Source: Actinomycetes bacterium
Lineage (GTDB): Bacteria > Actinomycetota > Acidimicrobiia > Acidimicrobiales > Bog-793
NCBI GenBank assembly: GCA_021809805.1
Contig: JAJZKA010000004.1
Location: forward strand, 1-52,675
Reading direction: 5' to 3'
DNA: 52,675 nucleotides
The notes under the pieces were generated by a model. It was not told the DNA's origin, made no database searches, and saw only the letters and a list, made by a program, of their open reading frames with translations. The translations under genes were made by a program, and so were the position numbers. Within the stretch, counting starts at the first letter, position 1. Each line of letters begins with the position of its first letter. Of this stretch, positions 9,432 to 19,397 are shown piece by piece.

Positions 9432-10210
9432 CAGCCCGCCTGGTGACTCGTTGAGGCTGGGTCGAGCGCAAGGGCGATTGCGTTCTCCGCCGAGAGCTGA
9501 GCGATAGCCGCCGCGTCGACCGAGGGGACGGAGACATCGATCACTGCTCCCCCGGCGGTAGCGAGCGTTACGTCAGCAACCACCACATGATTGAGCACGG
9601 TGCTGCCCGGAGTGACGGTCGCGATGTCAACGCCTCGGCTGGGGAGGGCCGCCGCCGCCCCGCGAGTGCCGCCCCCAGCGGCCGCTGTTGATCCTCCGCC
9701 GGCGCTTGCCGACCCGGAGGCGTAGATGACAGCGACCCGGTCGCCAGCGACAAGACCGGCTCCGGGGTATTGGCCGACGCGAAGGGCAATGCCGACGAGT
9801 TGGTCGTGCGATGGCGCCGCAGGTGGCTGGAGCATGCTTGGTGCCAGCAGTGTCCCGGGGGCTACGTAGGTCCAGACTTGGTGGCGGAGCACCCCGTCCT
9901 CCGCGCCGACTGCGAGCGCTGCAAAGCCCGTTCCGCGCACGCTTGCAACGGCGAGGTCGCTCGCTTCAAGGGTTGCGCCGGGCGCGAGCGGCTTGGTGAC
10001 GACAAGAACGGAGGTCGTCTTGCTTCCGCGTTGGTAGATGGAGGCGAACACCACGGCGGCGACAACGACTAGAAGCCCGGAGATGGCCGCGAAGAGCATG
10101 CGTCGCGAGGCGCCGGGATTGGCGCGTGAGCGCGGAAGCCGCGCCTGCCATTCTGCGGCGCCGTTCTTGGTGGGCTGGCGACTCGGACGTCGCTGCAGGA
10201 CGGTTGCCAT
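9431..10210 (-). CDS. SAF-domain CpaB/RcpC-like pilus protein
   Basis: TM helix, then VLVVTKPLAPGATLEASDL (SAF) and LVAGDRVAV. Leaderless ATG 10210 lies 6 nt after -10 TACCAT. Confidence 0.8.
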   Translation of the reverse strand: MATVLQRRPSRQPTKNGAAEWQARLPRSRANPGASRRMLFAAISGLLVVVAAVVFASIYQRGSKTTSVLVVTKPLAPGATLEASDLAVASVRGTGFAALAVGAEDGVLRHQVWTYVAPGTLLAPSMLQPPAAPSHDQLVGIALRVGQYPGAGLVAGDRVAVIYASGSASAGGGSTAAAGGGTRGAAAALPSRGVDIATVTPGSTVLNHVVVADVTLATAGGAVIDVSVPSVDAAAIAQLSAENAIALALDPASTSHQAG

Positions 10211-10216
10211 GCGGCG

Positions 10217-10258
10217 ATGGTAACCAGAGAGTGACACGCGGCTAAGGGAGTGTCACTC
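10217..10258 (-). promoter_or_regulatory. Motif promoter of the tad operon: GAGTGACAC-N12-GTGTCACTC palindrome, -10 TACCAT
   Basis: Perfect 9-bp inverted repeat at 10229-10237 and 10250-10258. 27 nt from the distal half to TACCAT, then 6 nt to ATG. Confidence 0.75.
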
Positions 10259-10293
10259 GTTCCTTTCGCTGCATTGCCTACGAAGCGGGGAAT

Positions 10294-10821
10294 TCAGCTA
10301 TGGAAATGCTGCTCCGCAACAGGCGTCGCGTCGTCCTGCGCCAACTGGCTGCGGTCGGCGGTCACTGCACCCGCCCGCACGCGGCGAGCGCGAGCCCGTT
10401 CGTCGCGGCCCGCGGCGAGGTTCGCCGCCCGGGCGGGAGTGACGCCGATCTCACGTCCCACGAGCGTCCATGAGCGGAGCTGGCGATGCAGCTGGGCGGC
10501 TGCTTGCTGGCGGATGTCCTTTGCTTCGGAGCGGACGACGTCCGCGACGATCAGTGCTCGCTTGGCGCGCTCTGCGAGCGGGAGTCGTTCAAGGTAGGCC
10601 CGGAATGCGTCGACGGGCGAGATCGCGCCGGTGACCCGGAGAGCCACACAGCGCTCGCAGAGCATCTCCGAGCGCCCGCTTGCGAGCGGGACAAGTTCTC
10701 GCCACACGTCGGGAGAGGTGCAGCCATCGCACCGGACGTCCCCCCTTGTGCTCGCCGGCACCTCGTCATCGTCGTCGTACTGGAAGCCGCTCCCCCACTC
10801 GTCGGCGTTCGAGAGTTCCAC
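10294..10821 (-). CDS. Hypothetical protein with Zn-finger (CDGC...CERC) and HTH-like segment
   Basis: Two CxxC pairs; SWTLVGREIGVTPARAANL is HTH-like. TAGGAT-N6-GTG leaderless start. Confidence 0.55.
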   Translation of the reverse strand: MELSNADEWGSGFQYDDDDEVPASTRGDVRCDGCTSPDVWRELVPLASGRSEMLCERCVALRVTGAISPVDAFRAYLERLPLAERAKRALIVADVVRSEAKDIRQQAAAQLHRQLRSWTLVGREIGVTPARAANLAAGRDERARARRVRAGAVTADRSQLAQDDATPVAEQHFHS

Positions 10822-10945
10822 GCTTCGATCCTATCGCGCGCCCGATAGGTCAGGCCGGTGGCGGGGTCCTGGTAACGGGAGATCCTCGCCTATCGCCCGT
10901 GCGATACGGCAGAACGATGGGCGCCGTCGCTCCTAGTCCAGACCC

Positions 10946-11192
10946 ATAGTGACACCGTAGTGGCTCCGATGCCACTATGGGCAGCTTGCGCAGCGCGTAT
11001 TCGCCCTGGTAGGTGTTCCGGTGAGCCGGCGCCACCGCGGCGTTGCCTCGTGGTGGGCCCGATGTGGCCCCGTAGTGGCAACAATCCCGCACCGGCGTCA
11101 CGCCGATGGCGTCGCGTACTGACTTGCGGGCGGGCGCGGTGTTGAGGCATAGTCACACCGGGCTGTCATCGGGGCCGACCCGATGTAACAAC
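10946..11192. repeat. Degenerate 11-mer array (about RTAGTGGCACC), candidate centromere (parS/parC)
   Basis: ATAGTGACACC, GTAGTGGCTCC and inverted GATGCCACTAT (10946-10978); GATGTGGCCCC and GTAGTGGCAAC (11061-11082); ATAGTCACACC, GATGTAACAAC. Directly upstream of parA. Confidence 0.6.
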
Positions 11193-11214
11193 GAACGATC
11201 ATCGGGGAGCTCGG

Positions 11215-12090
11215 GTGCCAACCATCATCGCTGTGGCGAACGGAAAGGGCGGCGTCGGCAAGACAAGCCTCGCAGCACATCTCGCCGGGCTGGCCGCGCT
11301 GTCGGGTTGGCGCACGCTCGCCATTGACCTCGACCCGCAAGCGAATCTCGCGCGGGATCTCGGATATTTGGAGCGCGACGAGAACGATGGGGGAGAGGGA
11401 CTCTTCCTCGCTGTCATCGCGAGTCAGACCCCCGCCCCCATCACGGATGTGCGGAAGAACCTTGACGCGATCAGCGGTGGCCCCGGTACCCGGAAGTTGA
11501 GCAACAACCTCGCGATGGGGGCGCACAACCTGCAGAACACGGGGCTCGATGCTCTTCGCGACGCGCTGGCTCCGCTGGTCGCCGAGTATGACCTGGTGGT
11601 CCTCGATTTGCCGCCTGGCGAGGCGTACGTCCAGCAGGCCGCATTCCGAATGGCCGATCACGTCATCATCCCGACCACCGGGGACGACGCGGCTAATGAC
11701 GGCCTGTCCCTCGTTCTCGAGAACTACGAGGCAGCCCGAGCCGCGAACCCCGCGCTCACCGTCCTCGGCATCGTCGTGACCCAGATGCAAGTGGGCGCGA
11801 AGGCAATGCTCCGGGAGACGATTGAGGATCTTGAGAGCATCGTGGAAGGGGAAGTGCGGATCTTCGAGCCGCCGGTTCGCTACGCGAAGAAGGCGGCACG
11901 CGATTGCCGGCACCAAGGCCTGCTGGCGTTCGAGTACGAGGAGGCCATGGCCAGGGCGCCGAAGTGGTGGGAAGCTCGGCGTTCCGGCGCCAAGGCACAG
12001 AGTTTCGCCGACAATGCAGGCGGCCTCGCCGGCGACTACCAGCGACTCACAGAGGCGATTCTGCAGGCCGCTACAGCTGAGGCGGGGTAG
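11215..12090 (+). CDS. parA: ParA family partition ATPase (no N-terminal HTH)
   Basis: NGKGGVGKT, DLDPQANL, YDLVVLDLPP. Confidence 0.95.
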   Translation: MPTIIAVANGKGGVGKTSLAAHLAGLAALSGWRTLAIDLDPQANLARDLGYLERDENDGGEGLFLAVIASQTPAPITDVRKNLDAISGGPGTRKLSNNLAMGAHNLQNTGLDALRDALAPLVAEYDLVVLDLPPGEAYVQQAAFRMADHVIIPTTGDDAANDGLSLVLENYEAARAANPALTVLGIVVTQMQVGAKAMLRETIEDLESIVEGEVRIFEPPVRYAKKAARDCRHQGLLAFEYEEAMARAPKWWEARRSGAKAQSFADNAGGLAGDYQRLTEAILQAATAEAG

Positions 12091-12104
12091 GACAGCAGAC
12101 AGCC

Positions 12105-12839
12105 ATGTCTCCGTTCAACCCCCGAGAGAAGGCAAAGCAGGTGATCAGCGACGGCAAAGCACCAGCCGACGCACCGCCTTCGCGCGCCATTACCGTGCGT
12201 CCGCCCCCGCGGGAAGCGGCCGCGCCTTCCCCCCCGCCATCAGCAGAGGCGACACCCGCCGCGGTACCGCCGCCGCCGCCGACCCCCGTCGTCACAACGC
12301 CGAGGCCGGCCGCGGCGGACGCCGCGGCGCCACAGGCGGGGGGGGAGTTGCCTTCCCGTCCACGGCCGACGTCGCGTACAGAACTTGTTAGCCCGAGGAC
12401 AAGCGATCCGTCTCCATCGCTTCCGGGTTTTCGCCAGTATCGGCGACAGCTGGTTACGGCGCACCTGGGAGCCCCGGTGCGCGCGCTGATCGACGAGGCG
12501 GTGTCGGCATCGAGGAGTAAGCCGCCGCCCTCGCGAGGAGTCGTCGTCATGGAGGCGGTCCGCGCAACGCGCGAGGAACTCGAGCGTGAATTTGCACTTC
12601 CGCCGAGCGATCCCGTCTTCGGCCCTCCGGCCGTTCCTCGTCGCCAAGCGCCGCTCGAGGGAGGGCAGCGCATGACGCTGCGCGTCTCGATTCCTGAAGC
12701 CGCCGGCCTTGGCCAACTGAGAGATCGGACGACACTGTCGATCTCCGGTCTGGTGAGCGAAGCAGTCGAGCGTTACTGGAGGCCGCGCCTTACGGCCGGA
12801 CGCCGAAGCTCGGGCTGGGGAGAGCACCTCAGGGCTTAG
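12105..12839 (+). CDS. Putative centromere-binding partner of ParA (Pro-rich N-terminus, RHH-like C-terminus)
   Basis: Immediately after parA; C-terminal RMTLRVSIPEAAGLGQL...SISGLVSEAVERY resembles a ribbon-helix-helix. Confidence 0.55.
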   Translation: MSPFNPREKAKQVISDGKAPADAPPSRAITVRPPPREAAAPSPPPSAEATPAAVPPPPPTPVVTTPRPAAADAAAPQAGGELPSRPRPTSRTELVSPRTSDPSPSLPGFRQYRRQLVTAHLGAPVRALIDEAVSASRSKPPPSRGVVVMEAVRATREELEREFALPPSDPVFGPPAVPRRQAPLEGGQRMTLRVSIPEAAGLGQLRDRTTLSISGLVSEAVERYWRPRLTAGRRSSGWGEHLRA

Positions 12840-13435
12840 AGAGCGATCTCGCTGACCGGCGCGCTCAGGAGCGGGCCCGGGGGAGTCAACGGCTCGAGGA
12901 GATTCACGCCTTCCGCCAGAACAGCGTGCGCGTAGTCCTCCTCGCTCATTCCCAATGGCGCGGTCCAGGCCGCCCAGTGGATGACGGGCAGCGACCGCCC
13001 GAGACGGGTAGCTAGCTTCACCATTGTCTGGCTGGACGCGTTGCGGGATGCGTCGATCATGAGGCGTTTTGCGGCCTCCGTGACTTGGAGAAGGGGCACA
13101 GCGGCCGCGCCTTCAGGCAGGCGAGCCCCACGGTCGCCTCGGATGATGAACGCGTCGTCGGAGTCGCCCCAGTAGCTCCACTGTGAGTGATCGAATCGCA
13201 CCCCGGGAGCGACGCGCGCCACCCGCGCCGAGACGAACATCGCCGTCGAGCCGATAGCATTGATGCGACACGAGACGCCAAGGAGCGGCCGGCTGACCGC
13301 CGACAGTCGGTCCTCGATCTGACTGACGAGCTCGTCTCGAGCGCCGCGGTTCAATCCGAGGAGCACGCCGAGGTGGGGCGCTGGAAGAGCGACACGTAGC
13401 GACTTGGCGGTCGTGTTGTCAATCGCAGGAGCCAT
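12836..13435 (-). CDS. Hypothetical protein
   Basis: 199-aa ORF with globular composition; overlaps the end of the upstream gene. Confidence 0.5.
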   Translation of the reverse strand: MAPAIDNTTAKSLRVALPAPHLGVLLGLNRGARDELVSQIEDRLSAVSRPLLGVSCRINAIGSTAMFVSARVARVAPGVRFDHSQWSYWGDSDDAFIIRGDRGARLPEGAAAVPLLQVTEAAKRLMIDASRNASSQTMVKLATRLGRSLPVIHWAAWTAPLGMSEEDYAHAVLAEGVNLLEPLTPPGPLLSAPVSEIAL

Positions 13436-14321
13436 AGTCGAAACCTAGGTACGCGAGGACCCGGCAGGACAGGGGGTGCCCGGCAAGAATGTCCGTGAAG
13501 GTCCGGTCGCTGATGTACAGCGAGCGACGTGGTCTCCGGGCGCAACGGTCGCAGACCTCCGCCCAGCTCCCAGCCCGGTCGATGACGGGGGTCCATAAGC
13601 CCGTGCGTCGCCGGTGGCACGCGGGGCATCGCGCTGTCCGGCTCGACTGGAGCCCGGGCTCAGCGTCGGGTTCGGTCGGAACCGGAGTCTCGGTGCTTGG
13701 CTGTTTCGTCGCCGGTGCGAAAAGCGGCTCGCTCCCGGCGTCAGCCCCTTGCTGACTTCCGTGATGGTCACCCGGAGACGCGTAGGTCAACGGAAGGGTT
13801 GGGACAACCGCCGGTGGGGGAGTGGCGACCGTCGGGCTCGCCGGCTCCGCGTCCGCTAGCTCCTCCTGGGAGAACAGCGTGGGCTCCTCCCAGGACACAG
13901 GTCCGCGAGGTGTGCGTGTCACGTGGCGCCGACGAGGAGCTCGCGCCGCCTGCTGGATAGCAGCGACGGTTAGTTCCACCTGAGGGGCCAGCGGGCGCTG
14001 GCTATCTTGCTCCTTGCGGAGACGTTCGCCGATGACGCCGTAGAAACCTCGAATCACGGGATCGCCATTGGCGTAGCGCTCCGGCCCCTCGGTGACGGCG
14101 ACGATCTCCTTTTCACCGCTGACCACTCGCGGGTCGTCGGGATCCGCGAACGTCACCCTCCCGAGGCGGACTGTCGCGCGCGTGCCCCGGATGACCCAGC
14201 GCCCGCCCGCGACGCCTGGCTGCACTCCGGCGCCGATGTGTTCACGAACAGCGAGCTCGTCCGGAGACGGCGTCGGTAGGACCTTGATCACACCCTCCGG
14301 GAGGCACTCGCCGAGCGACAT
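13419..14321 (-). CDS. Hypothetical protein with C-terminal Zn-finger (CPAC...CDRC)
   Basis: TACCCT-N7-ATG leaderless start; Pro-rich linker and two CxxC pairs. Confidence 0.55.
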   Translation of the reverse strand: MSLGECLPEGVIKVLPTPSPDELAVREHIGAGVQPGVAGGRWVIRGTRATVRLGRVTFADPDDPRVVSGEKEIVAVTEGPERYANGDPVIRGFYGVIGERLRKEQDSQRPLAPQVELTVAAIQQAARAPRRRHVTRTPRGPVSWEEPTLFSQEELADAEPASPTVATPPPAVVPTLPLTYASPGDHHGSQQGADAGSEPLFAPATKQPSTETPVPTEPDAEPGLQSSRTARCPACHRRRTGLWTPVIDRAGSWAEVCDRCARRPRRSLYISDRTFTDILAGHPLSCRVLAYLGFDYGSCD

Positions 14322-14368
14322 AGGCCGCAGGGTAGTGACCCGCCCGCCCCCCGGGGCAGGGGGTGGCT

Positions 14369-14393
14369 CATGGCGAGGGACATCCTCGCCATG
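14369..14393. promoter_or_regulatory. Perfect 10-bp inverted repeat between divergent genes
   Basis: CATGGCGAGG-gacat-CCTCGCCATG; contains CGAGGGACAT, an 8/10 match to the element motif CGAGTGACAC. Confidence 0.45.
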
Positions 14394-14448
14394 CCGCGGG
14401 CAGTACCGTCAACGACTGCCCGGAGCCGATCGACAAAGGAGCGACTGA

Positions 14449-15141
14449 ATGTCGGATGCGCTGCTGGTCTGGTTGCCCGCAATCGTCGCCGGTGGCGGAG
14501 GCCCCCCGCTGGCCGTTGCTGTGGCTGGTCGACTCGGCAGCGCCGAAGTCCCTGCTCGCCGACTGAGTCCGGCAACGGCTGCATGTTTTGGTGCTGTCGT
14601 CGCCGTGGCTGTCGCGACTCTCGCCGTCCTCGCGCGCCCCGTCGGGGTCGTGCCGATGGAGGTTGTCGTGACGGTGGGTCTATGCGTCCTGGGGGTCGAC
14701 GATCTCCGGCGCCACCGGTTGCCAGTTGTGGTCGTCTATCCCGTGATGGCAGCGGCCCTTCCTCTCCTGCTGCTCGCCGGCGCGGTGACTGGTGCATGGC
14801 AGCGGGTCGACTTCGCGGCGCTTGGCGCGGTGGGGGAGTGGCTGTTGCTTGTCCTGGTGCACCTGGTGCATCGCCCCGGGCGTCCCGCCCCGATCGCGTA
14901 CGGGGACGTCCGCCTCGGCCTACTCCTCGGGCTGGTGACCGGTTGGTATGGCGGAGATGTCGTGATGATCGGCATCGTGCTTGCCTGGGCTGTTCACTCG
15001 TTCGTCGTGGTGGGCGATCTCCTGATTCGTCGAAAGGCCCGAGCTCGGGTCCTTCCCTTCGGCGCGTCGCTCATCGCCGGTGCGTACCTGGCGCTGCTGC
15101 TCGGCTCGCACCTCCAGGCTTTCGTCTCGCGAGCGGCCTGA
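14449..15141 (+). CDS. Prepilin peptidase (A24, TadV/CpaA-like)
   Basis: Polytopic; DDLRRHRLP and AYGDVRL aspartate motifs; C-terminal LPFG; RBS AAAGGAG. Confidence 0.88.
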   Translation: MSDALLVWLPAIVAGGGGPPLAVAVAGRLGSAEVPARRLSPATAACFGAVVAVAVATLAVLARPVGVVPMEVVVTVGLCVLGVDDLRRHRLPVVVVYPVMAAALPLLLLAGAVTGAWQRVDFAALGAVGEWLLLVLVHLVHRPGRPAPIAYGDVRLGLLLGLVTGWYGGDVVMIGIVLAWAVHSFVVVGDLLIRRKARARVLPFGASLIAGAYLALLLGSHLQAFVSRAA

Positions 15142-17395
15142 CCGGCCCGCGAGCATTTGGGACTGGGTCCACCACGACTCCACGCCGGCGGCAGTAGCTA
15201 CGCAAGACCCCCTGCACGCTGCTGCCCTCGGCCTCGGGATTGACGATCCCGTCGACCAAGGCGTCGACCGCTGCCGCTTTCGCCGCTACCGCCTCGACGA
15301 GGTCGACGTCGATCGTGTCCTCGGCAATAAGATGCCAGCACGTGACCGTGTGCGGGTCAGAAAGGCGTCCATAGCAGCGGGCCGTGGCTTGCGCAATCGT
15401 CGCTGGCGTCCACGCCTCCTCGACGAGCACGACGTCGTGGGCGGCGGTGAGGGTGTGCCCCTCGGTGGCAGCTTGCAGGGAGCAGACGATGACCTTGCAG
15501 TCCGGGTCGTTCTGGAACCGGCGCTTTGCTGCTTCGATGTCCTTCTCGCTCTCTGAGCCGAAGATGTGGGCTGCCTCGAGCTCGTCGGCGAGCCGCTCCT
15601 GGATCTCCCGGTGCCAGGCGAAGACAACGACCTTGCCGACCTCGTCAGCCTTAGCGCGTAGCCACTCGATCGCTGCAGGGAGCTTGGCTTCGGCTGCGAG
15701 GCGCCTGAGGGCGTTGAGTCGCACCAGCGCCTCTGCCTTCCGAGCCGACTTGACCCTGGCCTCGGCATTCTGTCCCCTCGATGCGGCCCTGCGCCGCACG
15801 TAGTCGAGGATGTCCGCCTCAGCTCTTCGGTACTCCGCGAGCCCGGAAGGTGTCAGAGGAAGCGGGACGGACTCCACTCGCGGCGGAGGCAGGTCCAGCA
15901 CGTCGCTCTTTCTCCGGCGTAGGTAGCAGCGTTCGCGGAGCCGCTCGTGCAGCTCGGGGAGTCGCTCAAGGTTGGCGCCGTCCTTAACCCATCCGAAGTC
16001 GCCGCGATAGCCGTCGCAGTAGTAGCGGACGAAGTGCTCGAAGCCACCGAACTCCTTGAGCCGGCCGACGATTTCGAGTGGCTTGATGAGCTCGGCCGGC
16101 CTGTTGAGTGAGATCGTCCCCGAAATGAGAAGCACCAGGCCCGTGTGCGGAATGGCGTCGGCGAGGCGCTGGACCGCCTGAGTGCGATCGGCGCCGCCGT
16201 CCTTGCAATAGTGAGCCTCGTCAACGATGAGAGCACGGGGTGCGCAGCGAAGGAGGTCCACCGTTCGGTCGTCCACCACGTCAAAGTCGACGATCGTGAT
16301 ATCGCGGGCGACGATCTCAGTCGCTCTTCGGCCGTCGACGATGGTGACCGCGCGGTGGGGGAGCCACTTTGTGATCTCGTCCGCCCAGACGGTGCGGAGC
16401 TTCGCCTTGCAGACGACGACGGCCGGGTATGCCTGCGCCGCCTCGAGGGTGGCGAGGGCCGTGAGCGTCTTGCCGAGTCCGGGTTCGTCGGCGACGATGG
16501 TGCGCCGCGTCTCCAAGTTGTACGCGACCCCAGCGGCCTGGAAGCTCCACGCCTCGCGTGCGAGCCCCTTCGTGACGAAGTCACTCGCAATCGCGCGGGA
16601 TGCTTCAGCCCGCCGCCGCGCGTCGCCGAGCTCTTCATCGAGTCGGGCGTAGACGGGCAACCCGTGCCGCTCTGCGAAGGCCCCTATCTCGCGCGCCCTG
16701 GATAGCGGGAAGCGGCGACACTTCGGTGACGACTTGCCGTCGTAGCGGCCGCCCAGTTGTTTCGCCTCGTCGACGAGCTCGGGGTCGTAGGGATGTGCGA
16801 GCACGAGCTGGTCGCCCTCTTGCCATACCCCGACCTGGGGCGAGACCGGAGGCACGACGGGAGCGAGGATCCCCGCGGCGTCAGGCAGCACCCCGAGCTC
16901 CACGAGAGCGGCTTCGGCGCCCCACGGGACCCGCCACACACCCTTGTCATCGACGCACCGGACTTCTTCGATCGCCCGGATGTGTTCGCGAGCTGCGCGG
17001 TCCTCGAATGCCAGGTGCAGCAGGAACCCGTCTTCACTGAAGCTGAGGAGTCGCGGGATCTCGGGCACCTTGGTGGCGGGTGCGGGACGGTCAAGAGGCA
17101 GCAGGCTGGTGTTGAGTCCAAGTGGTTCTGAGGGCGCCGGGACTTCGTCAAAGTCGTATCCGGCGGCCAGAAGCTGTCGTCGGTAGGCCGTCAGCAGCGC
17201 CCAGGCGACGTCACAGACCTTGCCCTCCCACTGGCGCGTGTCGAGGGAGCGCAATGCTCCAGCTATCGGGGCGTCAACGGGCGAGAACGTGTCAGCCGCC
17301 AGTGCCAGCATGCAGCGGCGAAGCGCTTCCTCCCGGGTGGGAGTCGTCGACGGGGGACAAGCCACTTCTTCCAGCCTGGACGAAGGCTGCGACAT
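15071..17395 (-). CDS. SNF2-family helicase/ATPase with HARP-like N-terminal domains
   Basis: ADEPGLGKT, DEAH, SGT, LRRRKSDVL, KVVVFA, EGHTLT, QATARCYGR; PYDPELVDEAKQLGGRYD is HARP-like. Confidence 0.9.
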   Translation of the reverse strand: MSQPSSRLEEVACPPSTTPTREEALRRCMLALAADTFSPVDAPIAGALRSLDTRQWEGKVCDVAWALLTAYRRQLLAAGYDFDEVPAPSEPLGLNTSLLPLDRPAPATKVPEIPRLLSFSEDGFLLHLAFEDRAAREHIRAIEEVRCVDDKGVWRVPWGAEAALVELGVLPDAAGILAPVVPPVSPQVGVWQEGDQLVLAHPYDPELVDEAKQLGGRYDGKSSPKCRRFPLSRAREIGAFAERHGLPVYARLDEELGDARRRAEASRAIASDFVTKGLAREAWSFQAAGVAYNLETRRTIVADEPGLGKTLTALATLEAAQAYPAVVVCKAKLRTVWADEITKWLPHRAVTIVDGRRATEIVARDITIVDFDVVDDRTVDLLRCAPRALIVDEAHYCKDGGADRTQAVQRLADAIPHTGLVLLISGTISLNRPAELIKPLEIVGRLKEFGGFEHFVRYYCDGYRGDFGWVKDGANLERLPELHERLRERCYLRRRKSDVLDLPPPRVESVPLPLTPSGLAEYRRAEADILDYVRRRAASRGQNAEARVKSARKAEALVRLNALRRLAAEAKLPAAIEWLRAKADEVGKVVVFAWHREIQERLADELEAAHIFGSESEKDIEAAKRRFQNDPDCKVIVCSLQAATEGHTLTAAHDVVLVEEAWTPATIAQATARCYGRLSDPHTVTCWHLIAEDTIDVDLVEAVAAKAAAVDALVDGIVNPEAEGSSVQGVLRSYCRRRGVVVDPVPNARGPVRPLARRKPGGASRAAAPGTHRR

Positions 17396-17401
17396 TCCGG
17401 A

Positions 17402-18253
17402 GTGACACTCACTGCCGCGAGTGCCATGCCCCTAACTACTCTCGCCATTGAGTCGCACTGTGCGCCGCCTATTCGGGAGAGTCACCATGCCGGAGCTAGA
17501 GAGAAGGAAGCGAGCGATGGTGAGCGGGACAATTCAACTCGTTCGGACCGCTGGCTGACGGCCGAACGCTGGACGGCTATGCGAGCGCTCTTCTGGCTAG
17601 GCGTGCCGATGCTCGCTGCTGCCGCCCTCGTGATCGCTTGGCGTGGTCATTCAGCAGTCTCCACCGCCGAGATGCGCTGGGTGGTGTACCGGCGCACCCT
17701 CCTTGTGCAGGCGACTACTACGGCGGCCGCGGTCCTGGTCGTTGGTAACGGCATCCTCGGCGCGCCGGCCCTTGGGATCACTCAATGGGATAGCTTCTCT
17801 TATTGTTGGATGGGCGCCTTTTTGACCGTGTGCACAGTGGTGTCGCTTGGCGCGCTCCGCGGACACCAGTCATCGGAGACACGCTTTGCTCCCCGAACGG
17901 ACGCCGAGATTTGGTTACTGCTCGTCGTCGGAGCTGGAGCCGCCGTCAGCGAAGAGGTGGTGTTCCGCGGCTACGTCATGAGATGGTTGGCCGAGCTCGG
18001 CGACCGTGGCTGGACGGTGATTGTCATCGCAGCGGTTCTCTTCGCAGTCCCGCATGCGAACCAGGGGGCGAGCGCGGCCCTTGTCGCGCTTGCGCTCGGC
18101 GTTCTCTTCGGGGGCGCTTACGTTGCAGCGGGGGTGCTCTGGGCACCGATCGGGCTACACCTCGCCCTCAACCTTGGGCTCGGCGCTTCGCGAGCCGCCA
18201 ACCGAAGGCGTCAGCGCCACATAGCAGAGAGCCCTCTTGCTACCTGGCGATAG
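17402..18253 (+). CDS. CPBP (CAAX/Abi) intramembrane metalloprotease; start uncertain
   Basis: EEVVFRG, FAVPH and HLALN motifs in a multi-TM protein. Confidence 0.9.
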   Translation: MTLTAASAMPLTTLAIESHCAPPIRESHHAGAREKEASDGERDNSTRSDRWLTAERWTAMRALFWLGVPMLAAAALVIAWRGHSAVSTAEMRWVVYRRTLLVQATTTAAAVLVVGNGILGAPALGITQWDSFSYCWMGAFLTVCTVVSLGALRGHQSSETRFAPRTDAEIWLLLVVGAGAAVSEEVVFRGYVMRWLAELGDRGWTVIVIAAVLFAVPHANQGASAALVALALGVLFGGAYVAAGVLWAPIGLHLALNLGLGASRAANRRRQRHIAESPLATWR

Positions 18254-18338
18254 TTTCCGGTGCTATGGCCTGCTTCCGCCTTGGGGCCTCGACGGCGATC
18301 GATCTCCGTCCCGTCGTGAAGCGCACGCCCCCCGGCAG

Positions 18339-19379
18339 CTAACGCAGTAGGCCAGCGTCAGAGAGCTCGCCGGCGAGCTCCGCTCCAGCCCAGTCGGTGT
18401 AGATGGCCGCGGTCCGCGGATCGGCATGGCCCAGCAGCCGCTGGATCGCCGTCACGGCGACACCGTGACGCGCAAGCTCGAGGCCGAGCGAGTGTCGGAA
18501 GGCGTGAGCGGCGGCTCCGGGTGGCAACGTCACGTGAGCGCGCCGAGCGAGGGCGCGCACCAGGCGGTCGAGAGTCTGGGTTGAAAGCTGCGACCCATCC
18601 TTGCGCACGAAGAGGTACCGGTCGGCGAGCCCCCGCCGATTCGCAGGCGGTGGGAGGACGCGCGCGCGTTCATCGAGCCACGCCTCCAGCAGGGCCGCCG
18701 TACCAGGCCCGAAGGGGATCTCACGGTGCTTTCCCCCTTTGGCGTGCCGGACGTGCCACATACACGGGTCAGTGTCGAGATCAAGCTCGTCGATCCGAGC
18801 GTTGCAGATCTCGTCTGCGCGTGCACCGGTGCGAGCCATGAAGGTGAAGAGCGCGACATCACGTATCGGCCAGTACATCGTCGAGCGTCCCGGCGCCGGG
18901 GTTGCCGCTGCAGCGAGCATTGCGTCGACCTTTGCCGGAGCGATGCTTCGCTGGGGTGGCGAGAGGGTCTCCTCGTAGCTCGCCGGCGCCAACGGACCGG
19001 CGAAGGGATCAACCAGCAGCTCCTCCGTGAACTGCAGCCATCGGCACCAGCTCCGGAGAGTGGAGACCATGCGCCGGACGGTCGGCGGCGCCCAGAGTCG
19101 GCCGGCGAGTGCGATCGCAGCCGCCACGTGCTCGTGGGTGAGCTCCTCGACTATGGGTGCGGTCGCTTCGCAGGCGGGCCGATCGATGACCTCATCGAGG
19201 ACCCGGGCCCAACGCTCGAGATCACCACGCCGAGCCCTGGTCGAGTTACCCTTCGCCCGCTGGGCGGGCGTGGAGAGGGCGTGCGTAGCTGCGAGCCACT
19301 CGTCGGCAAGAGCAGCTGATCGCAGCTCACGAGGTACCCGGGCCGCCTCCGCGCAGTCGCTGTCGTGCTGGTCCGTCAC
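18339..19379 (-). CDS. Tyrosine recombinase (XerC/D-like resolvase)
   Basis: TGARADE, AKGGK, HAFRH, LGH, IY catalytic set; TAGGCT-N6-GTG leaderless start. Confidence 0.95.
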   Translation of the reverse strand: MTDQHDSDCAEAARVPRELRSAALADEWLAATHALSTPAQRAKGNSTRARRGDLERWARVLDEVIDRPACEATAPIVEELTHEHVAAAIALAGRLWAPPTVRRMVSTLRSWCRWLQFTEELLVDPFAGPLAPASYEETLSPPQRSIAPAKVDAMLAAAATPAPGRSTMYWPIRDVALFTFMARTGARADEICNARIDELDLDTDPCMWHVRHAKGGKHREIPFGPGTAALLEAWLDERARVLPPPANRRGLADRYLFVRKDGSQLSTQTLDRLVRALARRAHVTLPPGAAAHAFRHSLGLELARHGVAVTAIQRLLGHADPRTAAIYTDWAGAELAGELSDAGLLR

Positions 19380-19397
19380 GCGCGCAGCCTACGCGAT

